A stretch of DNA of 64,000 nucleotides, taken from positions 25,031 through 89,030 of the forward strand of contig JACPDI010000037.1 in assembly GCA_016184105.1 (NCBI GenBank), read 5' to 3'. Numbering within the stretch: position 1 is the stretch's first letter; every line of letters starts with the position of its first letter. A program made the translations under genes and the position numbers. This DNA is from Acidobacteriota bacterium. GTDB lineage: Bacteria; Acidobacteriota; Vicinamibacteria; Vicinamibacterales; 2-12-FULL-66-21. Shown here piece by piece: positions 1 to 10,690 of this stretch. The notes beneath the pieces were generated by a model. The model was given only the letters and a program-made list of their open reading frames with translations, searched no databases and had not been told where the DNA came from.

Positions 1-574
1 GCGGCGCGAAGCCGTCGCAGTTCTTCCCGCGGAACCACTGCGAGTGCTGGATCTGCAGGTCGCGGGCCGTGACGTCGTTCAGGATCGTATAGCCCGCGAT
101 GCACTCCCTGGCCGCCGCTTCACTCGCGTGCCGGACGCGCCGTCCGATCATCACGGCCAGCTCCGCCTCGTAGTCCACCTGCTGCGAGCAGGCGGGCAGT
201 GGGATCGCCCGCCCGGCTGGCACGACGCCCGAGGCCAGCTTCGTGAAGAAGACCGGCGCATCCGGAATCGGCAGATTGTTCTCGGCCGCGTGATCCGCGT
301 AGTTGAGCCCCACCGCAAAGACGCGCTGTGCCGAGCCGATGAGCGGCGCGTGCTCGCAGCCGTCGAGCGCGGCCCACCGCGCGGCGTCCGAGCGGTGCCG
401 ATCGGCGAGCGCGCGCGCGCGTTCGAGCGCCGGCGGACCATCAGCGATCAGGCTCACAACGGACCGGAATCGCTCGTCCGCGCCCGCGAGCGCCGTGAGA
501 TCGAGCACGACACCGTTCTCGACCAGGCCGAGCCGCGCGCGTCCGGGAGCCGTGTGAAAGTTGAGGAGCCTCAT
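1..574 (-). CDS. Fumarylacetoacetate hydrolase (FAH) family protein, 3' end outside window
   Basis: Not in the ORF track. Manual translation: MRLLNFHTAPG...VFAVGLNYADHAAE...PVFFTKL...VDYEAELAVMIG...GYTILNDVTARDLQ...QWFRGKNCDGFAP. The start overlaps the upstream stop (ATGA). Confidence 0.93.
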   Translation of the reverse strand, partial: MRLLNFHTAPGRARLGLVENGVVLDLTALAGADERFRSVVSLIADGPPALERARALADRHRSDAARWAALDGCEHAPLIGSAQRVFAVGLNYADHAAENNLPIPDAPVFFTKLASGVVPAGRAIPLPACSQQVDYEAELAVMIGRRVRHASEAAARECIAGYTILNDVTARDLQIQHSQWFRGKNCDGFAP

Positions 575-1821
575 GCGATCGGCGCGGAGCCCGATGCGCG
601 AGCCAGCACGCCGCTGGACCGCTGGATCTTCTGGAAGGCCGCGACGATATCGTCCATGTCACGGTGATCGCCGAGGAACACCTGGTGCTCGAGCCAGATC
701 CCGTCGCGGCACGCGCGCTCGCTTTCCGGCAGGCAGAGCGACGCGTAATTCTGCGCCTGCGGGCACGGGCACGACGGCACGCGGCCGAATTGGACGAGGC
801 GAGGCTGGAAGACCGGGTTGCGGTACAGCGGATACGGATAGGTGCGCTGCGCCGGGATGCCCTCGGCCTGCAGCGCCGAGACCAGCAGGTCGCGCTCGAC
901 ATCCGCAAACTGCGACTTGTCGTAGCGCAGCGTCACGATGTAGTGCGGGTGCGCCTCGACGCGCGCATCGTCCTCGGGGAGTGAGACGCCGGGAACGGAT
1001 TGCAGCTGCCGCCGGAGGTAGCAGACGTTGTCGTGGCGGCGCCGGCTCTGTTCCGGCAGCCGCCGCAATTGCTCCAGGAGCACGGCGGCCTGGAATCCCG
1101 TCATCCGGCCGTTGGTGCCGAGGGTGAAGTGTTCGTACCAGCCGCCGTTCTTGCGGCGCCCCTGATTGCAGTACGCCCAGAGCGCGTCCGCCATCGCCGT
1201 CGAGCGCGTGACGATCATGCCCCCTTCGCCGGCGGTCAGCAGCTTGAACGACTGGAAGCTGAAGGTCCCGGCCACGCCGAACGTGCCGACCGGGGTCCCT
1301 CGCCAGCGGGCGCCGTGCGCGTGTGCGGCGTCCTCGATGAGCGCGAGCCCGCGCCGCTCGGCAAGCGCCGTGAAGGCATCCATGTCCGCAGGATGCCCCC
1401 CGAAGTGGACGACGATGATCGCGCGCGTGCGCGGCGTGATGGCGGCCTCGACCGCCTGCGGCGCGAGGTTCAGCGTGCGCGGATCGATGTCGGCGAACAC
1501 CGGGTACCCCTGGCACAGCCCGACGGCCGTGGCGGTGGCGGCGAACGTGAACGGCGGGACGATCACCTCGTCGCCGCACGTCAATCCGACCGCGCGGAGC
1601 ACGGCCTCGAGGGCCACGGTTCCATTCGCGCACGAGATCGCGTGCGCCGCGCCCTGCGATCGGGCGAACGCCTCCTCGCACTCGCGCACCTTGGGGCTGT
1701 AACCGCCCCACTGGGTGCTGTGCAACACGTCCAGCAGCGCGCGCGCCTCTTCGTCTCCGTGCACGGGCCATGCAGGAAAACAACGTGCGCGAACCGGGGT
1801 TCCGCCGTGCAGTCCCAGCAT
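571..1821 (-). CDS. DegT/DnrJ/EryC1/StrS family PLP-dependent (amino)sugar aminotransferase, AHBA-synthase-like
   Basis: Motifs NGTVAL, GDEVIVPPFTFAATA, EDAAHAHGA, SFQSFKLLTAGEGG (PLP Lys). Start is ATG 1821 or TTG 1854. Confidence 0.9.
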   Translation of the reverse strand: MLGLHGGTPVRARCFPAWPVHGDEEARALLDVLHSTQWGGYSPKVRECEEAFARSQGAAHAISCANGTVALEAVLRAVGLTCGDEVIVPPFTFAATATAVGLCQGYPVFADIDPRTLNLAPQAVEAAITPRTRAIIVVHFGGHPADMDAFTALAERRGLALIEDAAHAHGARWRGTPVGTFGVAGTFSFQSFKLLTAGEGGMIVTRSTAMADALWAYCNQGRRKNGGWYEHFTLGTNGRMTGFQAAVLLEQLRRLPEQSRRRHDNVCYLRRQLQSVPGVSLPEDDARVEAHPHYIVTLRYDKSQFADVERDLLVSALQAEGIPAQRTYPYPLYRNPVFQPRLVQFGRVPSCPCPQAQNYASLCLPESERACRDGIWLEHQVFLGDHRDMDDIVAAFQKIQRSSGVLARASGSAPIA

Positions 1822-1899
1822 CACGTTCCGCTCCGTTCCCGCATCGTCGCTCAACGGTCGGTGCGATGTAAAGCGGAATGTGCACGCGCCCCGCCGTGC

Positions 1900-2014
1900 G
1901 TTCTGCTGTAAAGAATACACCGGATTGGCTGCTGTGTCCCAGTTTTCGCTTGACAACAGCTGGCGCTCGTCCGAGCATGATGCGGTCATTCGAGTCGGTT
2001 CTACTGAATAGAAC
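1900..2014. promoter_or_regulatory. Pair of palindromic operators (putative IclR sites) in the divergent promoter region
   Basis: GTTCTG-CTGTA-AAGAAT at 1900-1916 and GTTCTA-CTGAA-TAGAAC at 1998-2014, with a TTGACA between them. Confidence 0.7.
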
Positions 2015-2063
2015 AGTCCTGTTTGGGGGATCTCATACGACACGGATGCAAGAGGAGGTAGCC

Positions 2064-5000
2064 GTGAACAAGCTTGGTCGACGACGTTTCGCGCTCGCGC
2101 ATCTACTGGGCGGCATCCTGCTGTGCCCGGTGCTTGCGCCCGAGGCGCTGGCCCAGCGATCTGCGGGGACGATCGGCGGGACGGTGCAGGACTCGAGCGG
2201 CGCCTTCGTGCCGGGCGCCACGGTCACGCTCACCAACGAAGCGACGAACGCCCGGCGCGTCTTCGTCACCGACGGCGCCGGAAACTTTTCCTTCCCGTCC
2301 ATCGACCCCGGCACCTACCAGTGCAAGGTGGAACTCACAGGATTCCGAACAGCAACCGTCACCGGGATCGTGCTGGGAGTCGAGCAGACCCGCCGCATTG
2401 ACGTGAAGCTCGCGGTGGGCAGCCTGGAGGACGCCGTCGAGGTCCGGGGGGAGGCGCTCCAGGTGGATACGCAGACGCCGGACGTGAGCACGGTGCTCTC
2501 GGGACGCCAGGCGGCCGAGTTGCCGACGATCAACCGCAATTTCACCGAGCTGATCGCGCTCGTCCCCGGTGCGCTTCCCAGCTTCGGCTCCACCCAGGAC
2601 TTCGTGCAGGGCTGGACCCAGGGTATCGCCGTGACGGTCGGCGGCGGGCGCGTGAGCAGCAACGCCTTCACCGTCGACGGCGTCACCACGAACAACACGG
2701 CGTACGGGACGACCGGCGTCACGCCGTCGGTCGACGCCGTGCAGGAGATCAAGGTTCAGACGAGCTTCTACTCGGCCGAGTCGCGCGGCAGCTCGCTCAT
2801 CAACCTGGCCGTCAAGTCGGGCACCAACGCGCTGCACGGCTCGGCCTACGAGTTCTTCCGCGGCAACGCGCTGCAGCCGACCAACCCCAACTTCCTGAAC
2901 CCCGCGACCCGCCAGCCGGAGGAGCGCCCGTATCGCTACGATCAGTTCGGCGGCACGCTCGGCGGGCCGGTCTACATCCCACACCTGTACGACGGCCGCG
3001 ATCGCACGTTCTTCTTCGCCAGCCACGAAAGCCTGCGCTACCGCTTCACCAGCCCGATGCAGCTGGTGTTCATCGACGATGCCTGGCGCACGGGCGACTT
3101 TTCGAACTACCGCGACAGCGCCGGCAATCTGATCCCCATTTACGATCCGCTGACGACGCGCCCCAATCCGGCCTTCGACCCGGCCAAGCCGCTCAGCACC
3201 GGCAACTCCCGCTACCTGCGCACGCCTTTCGCGGGCAACGTCATCCCGTCAGATCGGATTGCAGCGCTGGCCGCCAAGTACCTCGAGATGTTCGTGCCGC
3301 GGCTCAATCCCAACGAGCTGGTGGGACTGACCACCCACAACGACACCACGAACCTGACCGTGCGGGTCGACCACACGCTGTCGAACAAGGACCGGCTCAC
3401 GGGACGCTACACCCAGCAGGCCCAGGAAAACGTCAGTCCCGGCTGGATGCCGCTGACGGGGCGCGCGATGAACAGCCCCGGCAAGAACGTGGCGCTGGTG
3501 CACACACGGGTGTTCAGCCCGCGCGTGGTGAACGAGGTGCGCGCCGCGTTCAACCGCACGATCATGGAGTACATGCTCGAGACGTCGGGCGGGGACCGTG
3601 ACTACGCCCGGGAAATGGGCTTCCAGAACACCTCGACGGACCCTCTGGACTTCGGCCTGCCCCGGATGCTCTTTGCCGGCGGCCTGCGCAACTTCGGTCC
3701 CGGCGGCAGCTCGGCGGAAATCAACACGACGAACACCTACCAGCTCTACGATGTGATGACGGTCGTGCGCGGCAGGCACAACCTGAAGATCGGCGCCGAC
3801 ATTCGGCGCGATCTCAACACGGTGCACGCCAATGGCGTCGCCGCCCAGCCGCTGCTGCGTTTCCTGAACGGCTACACGTCGCTGCCGTTTCTGCCGGTCG
3901 CGGCGGGCCAGTCGTTCGCGGATTTCCTGCTCGGCTACCCGTCGCAGGCGGCGATCTCGCCGATTCCCGCGCGGAGCCACCCCCGAAACTGGCAGATGGC
4001 CTTCTTCACCCAGAACGACTGGGCGGTGAGCGACAAGGCCACCCTCAACCTCGGCCTCCGTTACGAGTACACGAGCTCGACGCGTGACCGCCAGCCAGGC
4101 GGCTACGAGCTGGACCTGTCGTATCCAGGCGGCCGCGTCCTGTCGCCGAACGAGGAGTTCGCCAACCGCACGACGACGCCGGTGATTGCGTTTGGATCGA
4201 GGCCGGGCATCATCAAGCCGGATCGCAACGACTTTGCGCCCCGGGTTGGGATCGCGTTCCGTCCTTTCAACAGCGACGACACGGTGGTTCGCGCGGGCTA
4301 CGGTCTGTTCTATACGAGCGGCGCCGACTGGTATTTCTGGCAGCGCATCAAGGCGCCCGACCTGCTCGTCGCCCCCTTCATCCCGCTGGGCAATCGCGTG
4401 ACTCCGACGATCGACATGCGAGACCTCTTCCCGCCGCCCGTCGACCTGTCTGTTGGCGGTTCCGGCGTGTTAGCGGTCAGCGCTCTGCCGGCCGACTCCC
4501 GTCACGCCTATTCGCACCAGGCGAGCGTGGGGATCCAGCACATGCTGATGAGGAACCTGCTGCTGGAGGTGGTGGTGCAGGCCAAGGAGGGGCGCCAGTT
4601 GCCGGTGTTCCTCTACTTCAACCAGGCATTCCCCGCCGAAGATCCTCTGAGTCCGACGCCGGTGCAGAGTCGTGTGCCGTACGCGAACTTCACGTCGAAC
4701 TCGGCGATCATCTGCAACTGCGTTTCCTCCAACTACCGCAGCGCGCAGGTCAAGCTCGAGCGTCAGATGCAGGGCGGCCTTGGCGCGACGCTCGCCTACA
4801 CGTGGTCGAGGAGCCGCGATCAGGGATCCGACATCAACTGGGTCGGGGCGAGCAGCAACACACCCGACAACAGCCGCGACCTTGAGGCGGAGTGGGGCTA
4901 TTCCTCGTTCGACGTGCGCCACCGGCTCGTGGGCACGTATCTTTTCGAGCTGCCGTTCGGGTCCGGACGGCGCTGGCTGAACCGGACCGGGTTCCTCAAC

Positions 5001-5468
5001 GCGCTCGCCGGCGGCTGGCAGGCGAACGGCGTCGTCACGCTCATGTCGGGCCGCCCCTGGACGCCGAGTCTCTACGAGGATGTCAGCAACACCGGCGCGA
5101 ACGCGGTTGCCGCGCGCCCCAATCTGGTCGGGGATCCGACGCCGGATGGGTTCAAGCAGACGCCGCTGCTGTGGGTGGACCCCGCGGCGTTTGCCAAGCC
5201 GGCGCCCGGGACGTTCGGAGACCTGGAGCGAAACGCGCTGCGCGGTCCGCGCTTCTTCCGGTGGGACATGTCAATCTTCAAGGACTTCCAGGTCGGGAAG
5301 GGGGCGCGGCTGCAGTTGCGGGGCGAGTTCTACAACCTGACGCGGTACTTCTACGGGGGCACACCCTATGACCAGGTGGGCAGCCCCTACTTCGGCAAGA
5401 TCGTGTTCGACAAGAAGCAGATGTGGACCGCGATCGACAAACAGATCGCATTGAAGCTGATCTTCTGA
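2064..5468 (+). CDS. TonB-dependent receptor (carboxypeptidase regulatory-like N-domain, Oar-like)
   Basis: GGAGG RBS then GTG 2064; signal peptide; GTVQDSSGAFVPGATVT; KSGTNALHGSAYEF; NDFAPRVGIAF; C-terminal LKLIF beta-signal. Confidence 0.93.
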   Translation: MNKLGRRRFALAHLLGGILLCPVLAPEALAQRSAGTIGGTVQDSSGAFVPGATVTLTNEATNARRVFVTDGAGNFSFPSIDPGTYQCKVELTGFRTATVTGIVLGVEQTRRIDVKLAVGSLEDAVEVRGEALQVDTQTPDVSTVLSGRQAAELPTINRNFTELIALVPGALPSFGSTQDFVQGWTQGIAVTVGGGRVSSNAFTVDGVTTNNTAYGTTGVTPSVDAVQEIKVQTSFYSAESRGSSLINLAVKSGTNALHGSAYEFFRGNALQPTNPNFLNPATRQPEERPYRYDQFGGTLGGPVYIPHLYDGRDRTFFFASHESLRYRFTSPMQLVFIDDAWRTGDFSNYRDSAGNLIPIYDPLTTRPNPAFDPAKPLSTGNSRYLRTPFAGNVIPSDRIAALAAKYLEMFVPRLNPNELVGLTTHNDTTNLTVRVDHTLSNKDRLTGRYTQQAQENVSPGWMPLTGRAMNSPGKNVALVHTRVFSPRVVNEVRAAFNRTIMEYMLETSGGDRDYAREMGFQNTSTDPLDFGLPRMLFAGGLRNFGPGGSSAEINTTNTYQLYDVMTVVRGRHNLKIGADIRRDLNTVHANGVAAQPLLRFLNGYTSLPFLPVAAGQSFADFLLGYPSQAAISPIPARSHPRNWQMAFFTQNDWAVSDKATLNLGLRYEYTSSTRDRQPGGYELDLSYPGGRVLSPNEEFANRTTTPVIAFGSRPGIIKPDRNDFAPRVGIAFRPFNSDDTVVRAGYGLFYTSGADWYFWQRIKAPDLLVAPFIPLGNRVTPTIDMRDLFPPPVDLSVGGSGVLAVSALPADSRHAYSHQASVGIQHMLMRNLLLEVVVQAKEGRQLPVFLYFNQAFPAEDPLSPTPVQSRVPYANFTSNSAIICNCVSSNYRSAQVKLERQMQGGLGATLAYTWSRSRDQGSDINWVGASSNTPDNSRDLEAEWGYSSFDVRHRLVGTYLFELPFGSGRRWLNRTGFLNALAGGWQANGVVTLMSGRPWTPSLYEDVSNTGANAVAARPNLVGDPTPDGFKQTPLLWVDPAAFAKPAPGTFGDLERNALRGPRFFRWDMSIFKDFQVGKGARLQLRGEFYNLTRYFYGGTPYDQVGSPYFGKIVFDKKQMWTAIDKQIALKLIF

Positions 5469-5654
5469 GGGCCGAGCCGCGAGGAGGCGACCGAGACGTT
5501 CGGCGTGAGACCGGGCCTGCCGATCACGTACCAGACCGAGTTCCAGGTGCTGAACGGGTCGACCCGGTATCTCGCGAGGCTGATCGTCAAGATGGTCCAG
5601 AACCTGTCGGCCGCCGAGGTCAAAGCGATCAGCGATGTCGCCGGGAGCTGACAC

Positions 5655-8447
5655 GTGAACTGGAGAGAAGTCTCGCTCGTGGGAGCCGTCGTGCTCTGGA
5701 CGGCGTTCCCCGCCCGGAACGCCGGCACGCAACACGCGCCTCAGGGCGCCTTCCCGCATCCCTTCCAGGCGACCGCGAAGGTCGACGTCGAGGCCCTGAA
5801 GGCGTCGGTGACCGAGGTGATGGCCACCGACGATCGACGTCTCGCGGGCCTCATCTCGACGACCGCGCCCATTCACCTGGTCGGCTGCCCGGACTTCGCC
5901 GGAGGTGTACAGGACACGGGCGCCGACCGATGGTCGATCGACGACCCCGACCACGTGAGATGCCGGCACACGGGCGAACGCTACCCGAGCGAGCGGTACC
6001 CGCTGAACGGGGAGCTGAAGATCCCCAACGCACGTGGCGAGGTGCAGGTTTATCGGTACTACGACGGCGGCGGCGAAAAACACCGGTACTTCTTCGAGGG
6101 GGCCGCCCACGCGCAGGCCGCGCGGTATCTCGCCGCGCGTGCGTACGACATGGCGCGCGTGTACGGAGTCACGAAAGACGAGCGCTACGCGCACAAGGCG
6201 GCCGTCATCCTGGACCGGTTCGCCCAGGTGTATCCAGGCTGGCCGGTCAACGGCCTCATCGGGAACTACGCCAACTGGAAGGTCTTCTATCCGTCGCCTC
6301 CGTACCCCGTTCAGAGCGGCAGGTGGGGTCGCTGGATCCACGACGAGCTGCCGACGGAGCTGGCGCTGACATACGACCTGATCCACGACAGCCCCGCGTT
6401 CGATCGACTCAGCGTCCGAGACGGAGCCGACGTCCGCCAGCGAATCGAGCGCGACCTGTTCCGCGCGTCAGTGGAGCTCGTCCGCCTCTACCCCCGGTAC
6501 GTCGGGCCGTCCGGCATGAACGGCACGGCAGCCGGCCTCATCGCCATCGGTCGCGCCATCGGCGAGCCCGACTACGTCCACGACGGCGTCAACCGGTTCA
6601 GGGATGCCTTTCGAGCGTGGTTCTTCCGCGACGGAATGCTGAACTCCGGATCGACGGCCTACTTGTTCCAGATGCTCGACGCGCTGTCCTACCCGATCGA
6701 TCTCGCGCGCGGCTACTCCGATCCCCCGGGCTACAACCATCCGGCGGACGGCGAACGCTACCGGGACTTGAACCTCGACGACGCGCATCCGTTGTTGCAG
6801 AAATCCCGGGCAACGCTTCGCAGCCTCCGTCTTCCCGACGGCCGTTACACCCCGGTCCACGATGCGCAGGGGCGTTCGCGCTTCATGCAGGATGAACCCC
6901 TCGAGCGTTCGATACCGGTGTTGCTGCCGGCGTACGGTCATGCCCTGCTCGGACGGGGTGCTGGCGAACACCAAATCCAGGCGCAGTTGCACTTCGGCTA
7001 TCACGCCGGCCATGCGCACGCCGACCAGTTGAATCTCCTGCTCTTCGCTCGCGGCAAGGAAATGCTCTCGGACATCGGATACACGCACACCAAGCTGCGT
7101 CCGTGGGCGGCGAGCACGCTGGCCCACAACACGGTGGTGGTGGACACGTCGAACCAGAGGATGACTGAGGGCTGGGTCCCGGCATCCTGGACGCGCCTCG
7201 ATCGATTCGAGGTCGAGAAGGCCCACAGCGCCGAGCCGGTGTTCGGCAACCTGCTGCTCTACGACGCCCGGGACGAGCACGTCCAGGTGGTGGAAGCCGA
7301 GGGATCGCGGGGCTATCTCGGGCTGGTCCCCGGCCTGAAGGAGTATCGCCGGCTCGTCGCCCTGGTCGGCGTGTCTCCGTCCGACGCCTACGTCGTTGAC
7401 GTCTTCCGCGTGCGTGGAGGCCGCCGCCACCTGTGGGCCGTACACGGCAGCGCCGACGATGAACAGGGCATCGAGACGAGCTTCCCGCTCGGTCCCCGCG
7501 AGGGAACGCTTTTGGGTCCCGGCACGCGATACAGCGCCGACACCGATCCGGAGCTTGACGGCGAGAGCTTCAAGGGAGCGATCTTCGGCTTGATCGACGG
7601 ACTTTCGAGCGCGACGACAGACAAGCCCTGGAGCGCCACCTGGCGCTTCCACGAGCGCCCGGACCTGGGGCTGAAGCTGACCATGCTGGGGGGGCCGGCA
7701 CGGACGGTCACCCGGGCGCAGGCCCCGTCGATACGCCGGGCAGGTGAAGACAACCTGAAGGTCGACCGCTTCAAGATGCCGCTCCTGCTGGTTGAAGCGG
7801 CGGGTGAGGATCTGGACAGCACGTTCGTGGCGGTGTGGGAGCCGTTTTCCGGACGTCCGTTCATCTCGCAGGTCAGGAGGCTCGAACTCGAAGGTGACTT
7901 CGGTGCGGCTCTTGCCCTGGCGATCAGCGTGGGAGACCGTACGGACTACGTCCTCGTGGATCCGGATGGCGTCAGGCTTCAGAAAGTCAGGGAGACAGAC
8001 TTGTCGTTCCGCGGTCGTTTTGCGCTGGTGTCCGAAGCGAACAGTGCTCTCGGGTTCATGCATCTCTCTGACGGCGCCCTCGTCAAACGGAACGCGCACC
8101 GCCTCGACGGCAAAATGAGGCTTCACGGAAGGATCGCGGGCGTGTATCGCGAAGGCGACCAGCACGGCTTCGACGTCGAAGGCGATCTGCCGCTCGGAGA
8201 TGCCCTGAAAGGCCGGCTGCTGCTGGCTCGCCACTCCGACGATTGGGTCCAGGGGTACACGATCGCCAGCGTCAGAGCGCGGGGATCGCGCAAGGTGATC
8301 CTCATCGACGGCGAATCGGGCCTTGCGGCTGCCGGCGCCGGTGACGCCTACCGCTACGCGTACTTCCCACACGGAAATCTGAAGTCGGAACTGGGGACTT
8401 TCATCGTGCAGGACGCGTCCTGCACCGCCGCGGGACACACGAAATGA
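5655..8447 (+). CDS. Heparinase II/III-like polysaccharide lyase family protein
   Basis: Signal peptide; GHAHADQLNLLLFA, SDIGYTHT, STLAHNTVVVD. Paralogue of 30732-33455. Confidence 0.8.
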   Translation: MNWREVSLVGAVVLWTAFPARNAGTQHAPQGAFPHPFQATAKVDVEALKASVTEVMATDDRRLAGLISTTAPIHLVGCPDFAGGVQDTGADRWSIDDPDHVRCRHTGERYPSERYPLNGELKIPNARGEVQVYRYYDGGGEKHRYFFEGAAHAQAARYLAARAYDMARVYGVTKDERYAHKAAVILDRFAQVYPGWPVNGLIGNYANWKVFYPSPPYPVQSGRWGRWIHDELPTELALTYDLIHDSPAFDRLSVRDGADVRQRIERDLFRASVELVRLYPRYVGPSGMNGTAAGLIAIGRAIGEPDYVHDGVNRFRDAFRAWFFRDGMLNSGSTAYLFQMLDALSYPIDLARGYSDPPGYNHPADGERYRDLNLDDAHPLLQKSRATLRSLRLPDGRYTPVHDAQGRSRFMQDEPLERSIPVLLPAYGHALLGRGAGEHQIQAQLHFGYHAGHAHADQLNLLLFARGKEMLSDIGYTHTKLRPWAASTLAHNTVVVDTSNQRMTEGWVPASWTRLDRFEVEKAHSAEPVFGNLLLYDARDEHVQVVEAEGSRGYLGLVPGLKEYRRLVALVGVSPSDAYVVDVFRVRGGRRHLWAVHGSADDEQGIETSFPLGPREGTLLGPGTRYSADTDPELDGESFKGAIFGLIDGLSSATTDKPWSATWRFHERPDLGLKLTMLGGPARTVTRAQAPSIRRAGEDNLKVDRFKMPLLLVEAAGEDLDSTFVAVWEPFSGRPFISQVRRLELEGDFGAALALAISVGDRTDYVLVDPDGVRLQKVRETDLSFRGRFALVSEANSALGFMHLSDGALVKRNAHRLDGKMRLHGRIAGVYREGDQHGFDVEGDLPLGDALKGRLLLARHSDDWVQGYTIASVRARGSRKVILIDGESGLAAAGAGDAYRYAYFPHGNLKSELGTFIVQDASCTAAGHTK

Positions 8448-10690
8448 GCGCCTGGGCGCTCGGGTTGGTGGCGATCCTGCTGAGACCCGGTACCGTCCCG
8501 CCGGACATCAGCCACCTGCGGCTGGCGGTGGCTGTCGACGATCGCGCCCGGTCGGTCGAGGGCGTGGCTGAATTCCACTATGTGGCTACCGGCGCGGAAA
8601 CCGATGCCTTGACCCTGGGCCAGCGTGGTCTGCGCATTCTGAAGGTGGAGGCCCAACCCCAGGCGCTGCGTGGATATCAGGTCGAGGAGAATCGCCTCGA
8701 AGTCCGCATCGCCGGGGCCCCCGCCGGCCAGAAGGGCCTGTTGCGCGTGCACTACCGGGCGGAGCCGCGGCAAGGTCTCTTCTTCCACGCGACGACGACG
8801 GAGACCGGGACGGCCGTCCAGCAGGCGTGGCAGTTTCAGTCCTGGGAAGACTGGATGCCGCGGCCCTTCGATCCGAACCAGCGGATGACGTGGGATCTGG
8901 AGGCCACGGTGCGCTCCGACTGGCAGGTTGTCAGCAATGGTGAGCTGGTGGGCGTCCGCCCCGCCGGATCCCATCGCGTCTTCCACTGGCAGCAACCCCT
9001 TGCCGTCCGATTCGAGGGCTTCACCTTCGTTGCGGGGGCCTTCGATGTCTTCGAGCAGCGCGCCGGCCGACACGTGCTGGTCCACTACGTGCCGGCCGAG
9101 GTGGCCGACGCCGCGACGGTCGAGCGTTCTTTCGGCCGCCTCCCGCAGATGCTCGAGCTGTTTTCCAACCAGTTCGGCGCCTATCCGTTCGGCCGCTTCT
9201 ACCGGCAAGCGGTTGTCTGGGACTACCATCCGGGCGGAACGGAGCAGGTCGGTATGGCGTGCCTTGGCGAGAACAAGCTTATCGATGAGCGCTCGCGCCT
9301 GCACGCCGACGACTATATCGTTGCCCACGAACTGAGCCACATCTGGTGGGCGATGCTGGTGGCGGCGAGAGGCCGGGCGCACGTGTGGCTGACCGAAGGT
9401 TTCGCGGTCTACTTCGGCAACCAGTTCTTCGAGGTCGCAGAAGGGCGCGATGTCTTCGAGTATCGTCTGCGCCAGCGCCTTCACCTGTACCTCGAAGAGG
9501 ACCGGAAGTATCAGCGCGCGCTGGTCAGCGACGAGCCCGTGCCGGGAGGGCTGGACGAGCACATCTACTCCAAGGGGGCGTACGTCCTCCACATGCTGCG
9601 CCGCTGGCTGGGTGACGCGGTCTTCTTCGCTGGACTGCGCCGATATGCGGAACGCCACGCCTACGGCGAGGCCGACTCGGTCGATCTGCAACGAGCGATG
9701 GAGGAGGTGTCAGGTCAGCAGCTTGACTGGTACTTTGGCCAGTGGCTCCATCGGAAGGGCTACCCCGCATTTCGAGTCGCGCGCCGCTGGGATGAACGGA
9801 CCGCGACGCTCGCCCTCTCCATCGAGCAGACGCAGCCGGACCAGGCAGGGCTGTACCGCGTCCCCGTTCGCATCCAGATCGTGACCGATCAGGGTGCGGA
9901 GGTGCACTCGGAATTGTTGAGCGAGCGGCGTGAGGAACGCGCGTACCGGGTAGCGGGGAAGCTTCTCTACGTCCGCTTCGATGCCGACAACAGCCTGCTT
10001 GGAACCGTGGAGTTCCCGCGCCCGGTGGAAGAGCTGCGGCGACAGTGGGAGAGCGCACGCGACGCCGTCGGGCGGATCGAAGCCGTCGAAGCGCTGGCTC
10101 CGTCGCCGGGGGAGGAAGCGGGAGAGACGCTTCGCCGGGCCCTGTCCTTCGATCTGTTTCACGGAGTACGGTCAGCTGCCGCGGCGGCGCTGGCCAGGCG
10201 GGGCACCGAGTCCGTGCCGATTCTGCTCGGCGCCCTGCGCCGCGAGACTGACTCGCGAGTGCAGCAGAGCCTCGTCGGCGCGCTCGAACGGTTTGCCGAG
10301 CGGGAGGACGTTCAAGAGGCGTTGAGGAGCGCGGCCGGTCCCCAAGCCACGCCGCCTCTGCGGGCGCGCGCGTTGCTGGCCCTGGCGCGCGCGCGAGCCA
10401 GCGGAAGCTTCGAGCTTCTGCTGCAGGCAAGCGGGGAGTCCGCCCACCGTGACGTGCTGCGTGCCGCGGTGTTCGAGGGGCTCGCGGCACTGGGAGATTC
10501 CCGGGGTGTGCCGGAACTCGTTCGCTACCTCGAATCGGATCGCACGACTCGCTGGGCCCGCGAGCCCGCCGTCGAAGCCCTGGGCCGGCTGGCGGGTCAT
10601 GACCCGGCGGTGCGACGTCTCCTCGAGCGCATCCGGACGACCGATTTCTGGCCCGGCGTTCGAGAGGCTGCTCGACAGGCTCTCCAGTGA
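8444..10690 (+). CDS. M1 family zinc aminopeptidase with C-terminal HEAT repeats
   Basis: GGTEQ (GAMEN-like), HELSH...WLTEGFAVY, IYSKGAYVLHMLR; helical repeat C-terminus. Confidence 0.9.
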   Translation: MSAWALGLVAILLRPGTVPPDISHLRLAVAVDDRARSVEGVAEFHYVATGAETDALTLGQRGLRILKVEAQPQALRGYQVEENRLEVRIAGAPAGQKGLLRVHYRAEPRQGLFFHATTTETGTAVQQAWQFQSWEDWMPRPFDPNQRMTWDLEATVRSDWQVVSNGELVGVRPAGSHRVFHWQQPLAVRFEGFTFVAGAFDVFEQRAGRHVLVHYVPAEVADAATVERSFGRLPQMLELFSNQFGAYPFGRFYRQAVVWDYHPGGTEQVGMACLGENKLIDERSRLHADDYIVAHELSHIWWAMLVAARGRAHVWLTEGFAVYFGNQFFEVAEGRDVFEYRLRQRLHLYLEEDRKYQRALVSDEPVPGGLDEHIYSKGAYVLHMLRRWLGDAVFFAGLRRYAERHAYGEADSVDLQRAMEEVSGQQLDWYFGQWLHRKGYPAFRVARRWDERTATLALSIEQTQPDQAGLYRVPVRIQIVTDQGAEVHSELLSERREERAYRVAGKLLYVRFDADNSLLGTVEFPRPVEELRRQWESARDAVGRIEAVEALAPSPGEEAGETLRRALSFDLFHGVRSAAAAALARRGTESVPILLGALRRETDSRVQQSLVGALERFAEREDVQEALRSAAGPQATPPLRARALLALARARASGSFELLLQASGESAHRDVLRAAVFEGLAALGDSRGVPELVRYLESDRTTRWAREPAVEALGRLAGHDPAVRRLLERIRTTDFWPGVREAARQALQ

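Noticed and set aside
571-1821. AHBA or aminoglycoside biosynthetic cluster
   Set aside because: No PKS, kinase, cyclase or NDP-sugar genes are adjacent, and the context is catabolic.
5466-5468. Sec or stop read-through of the TonB receptor TGA
   Set aside because: The protein ends in a canonical C-terminal Phe beta-signal; there is no redox motif and no CGTG-loop hairpin at +20.
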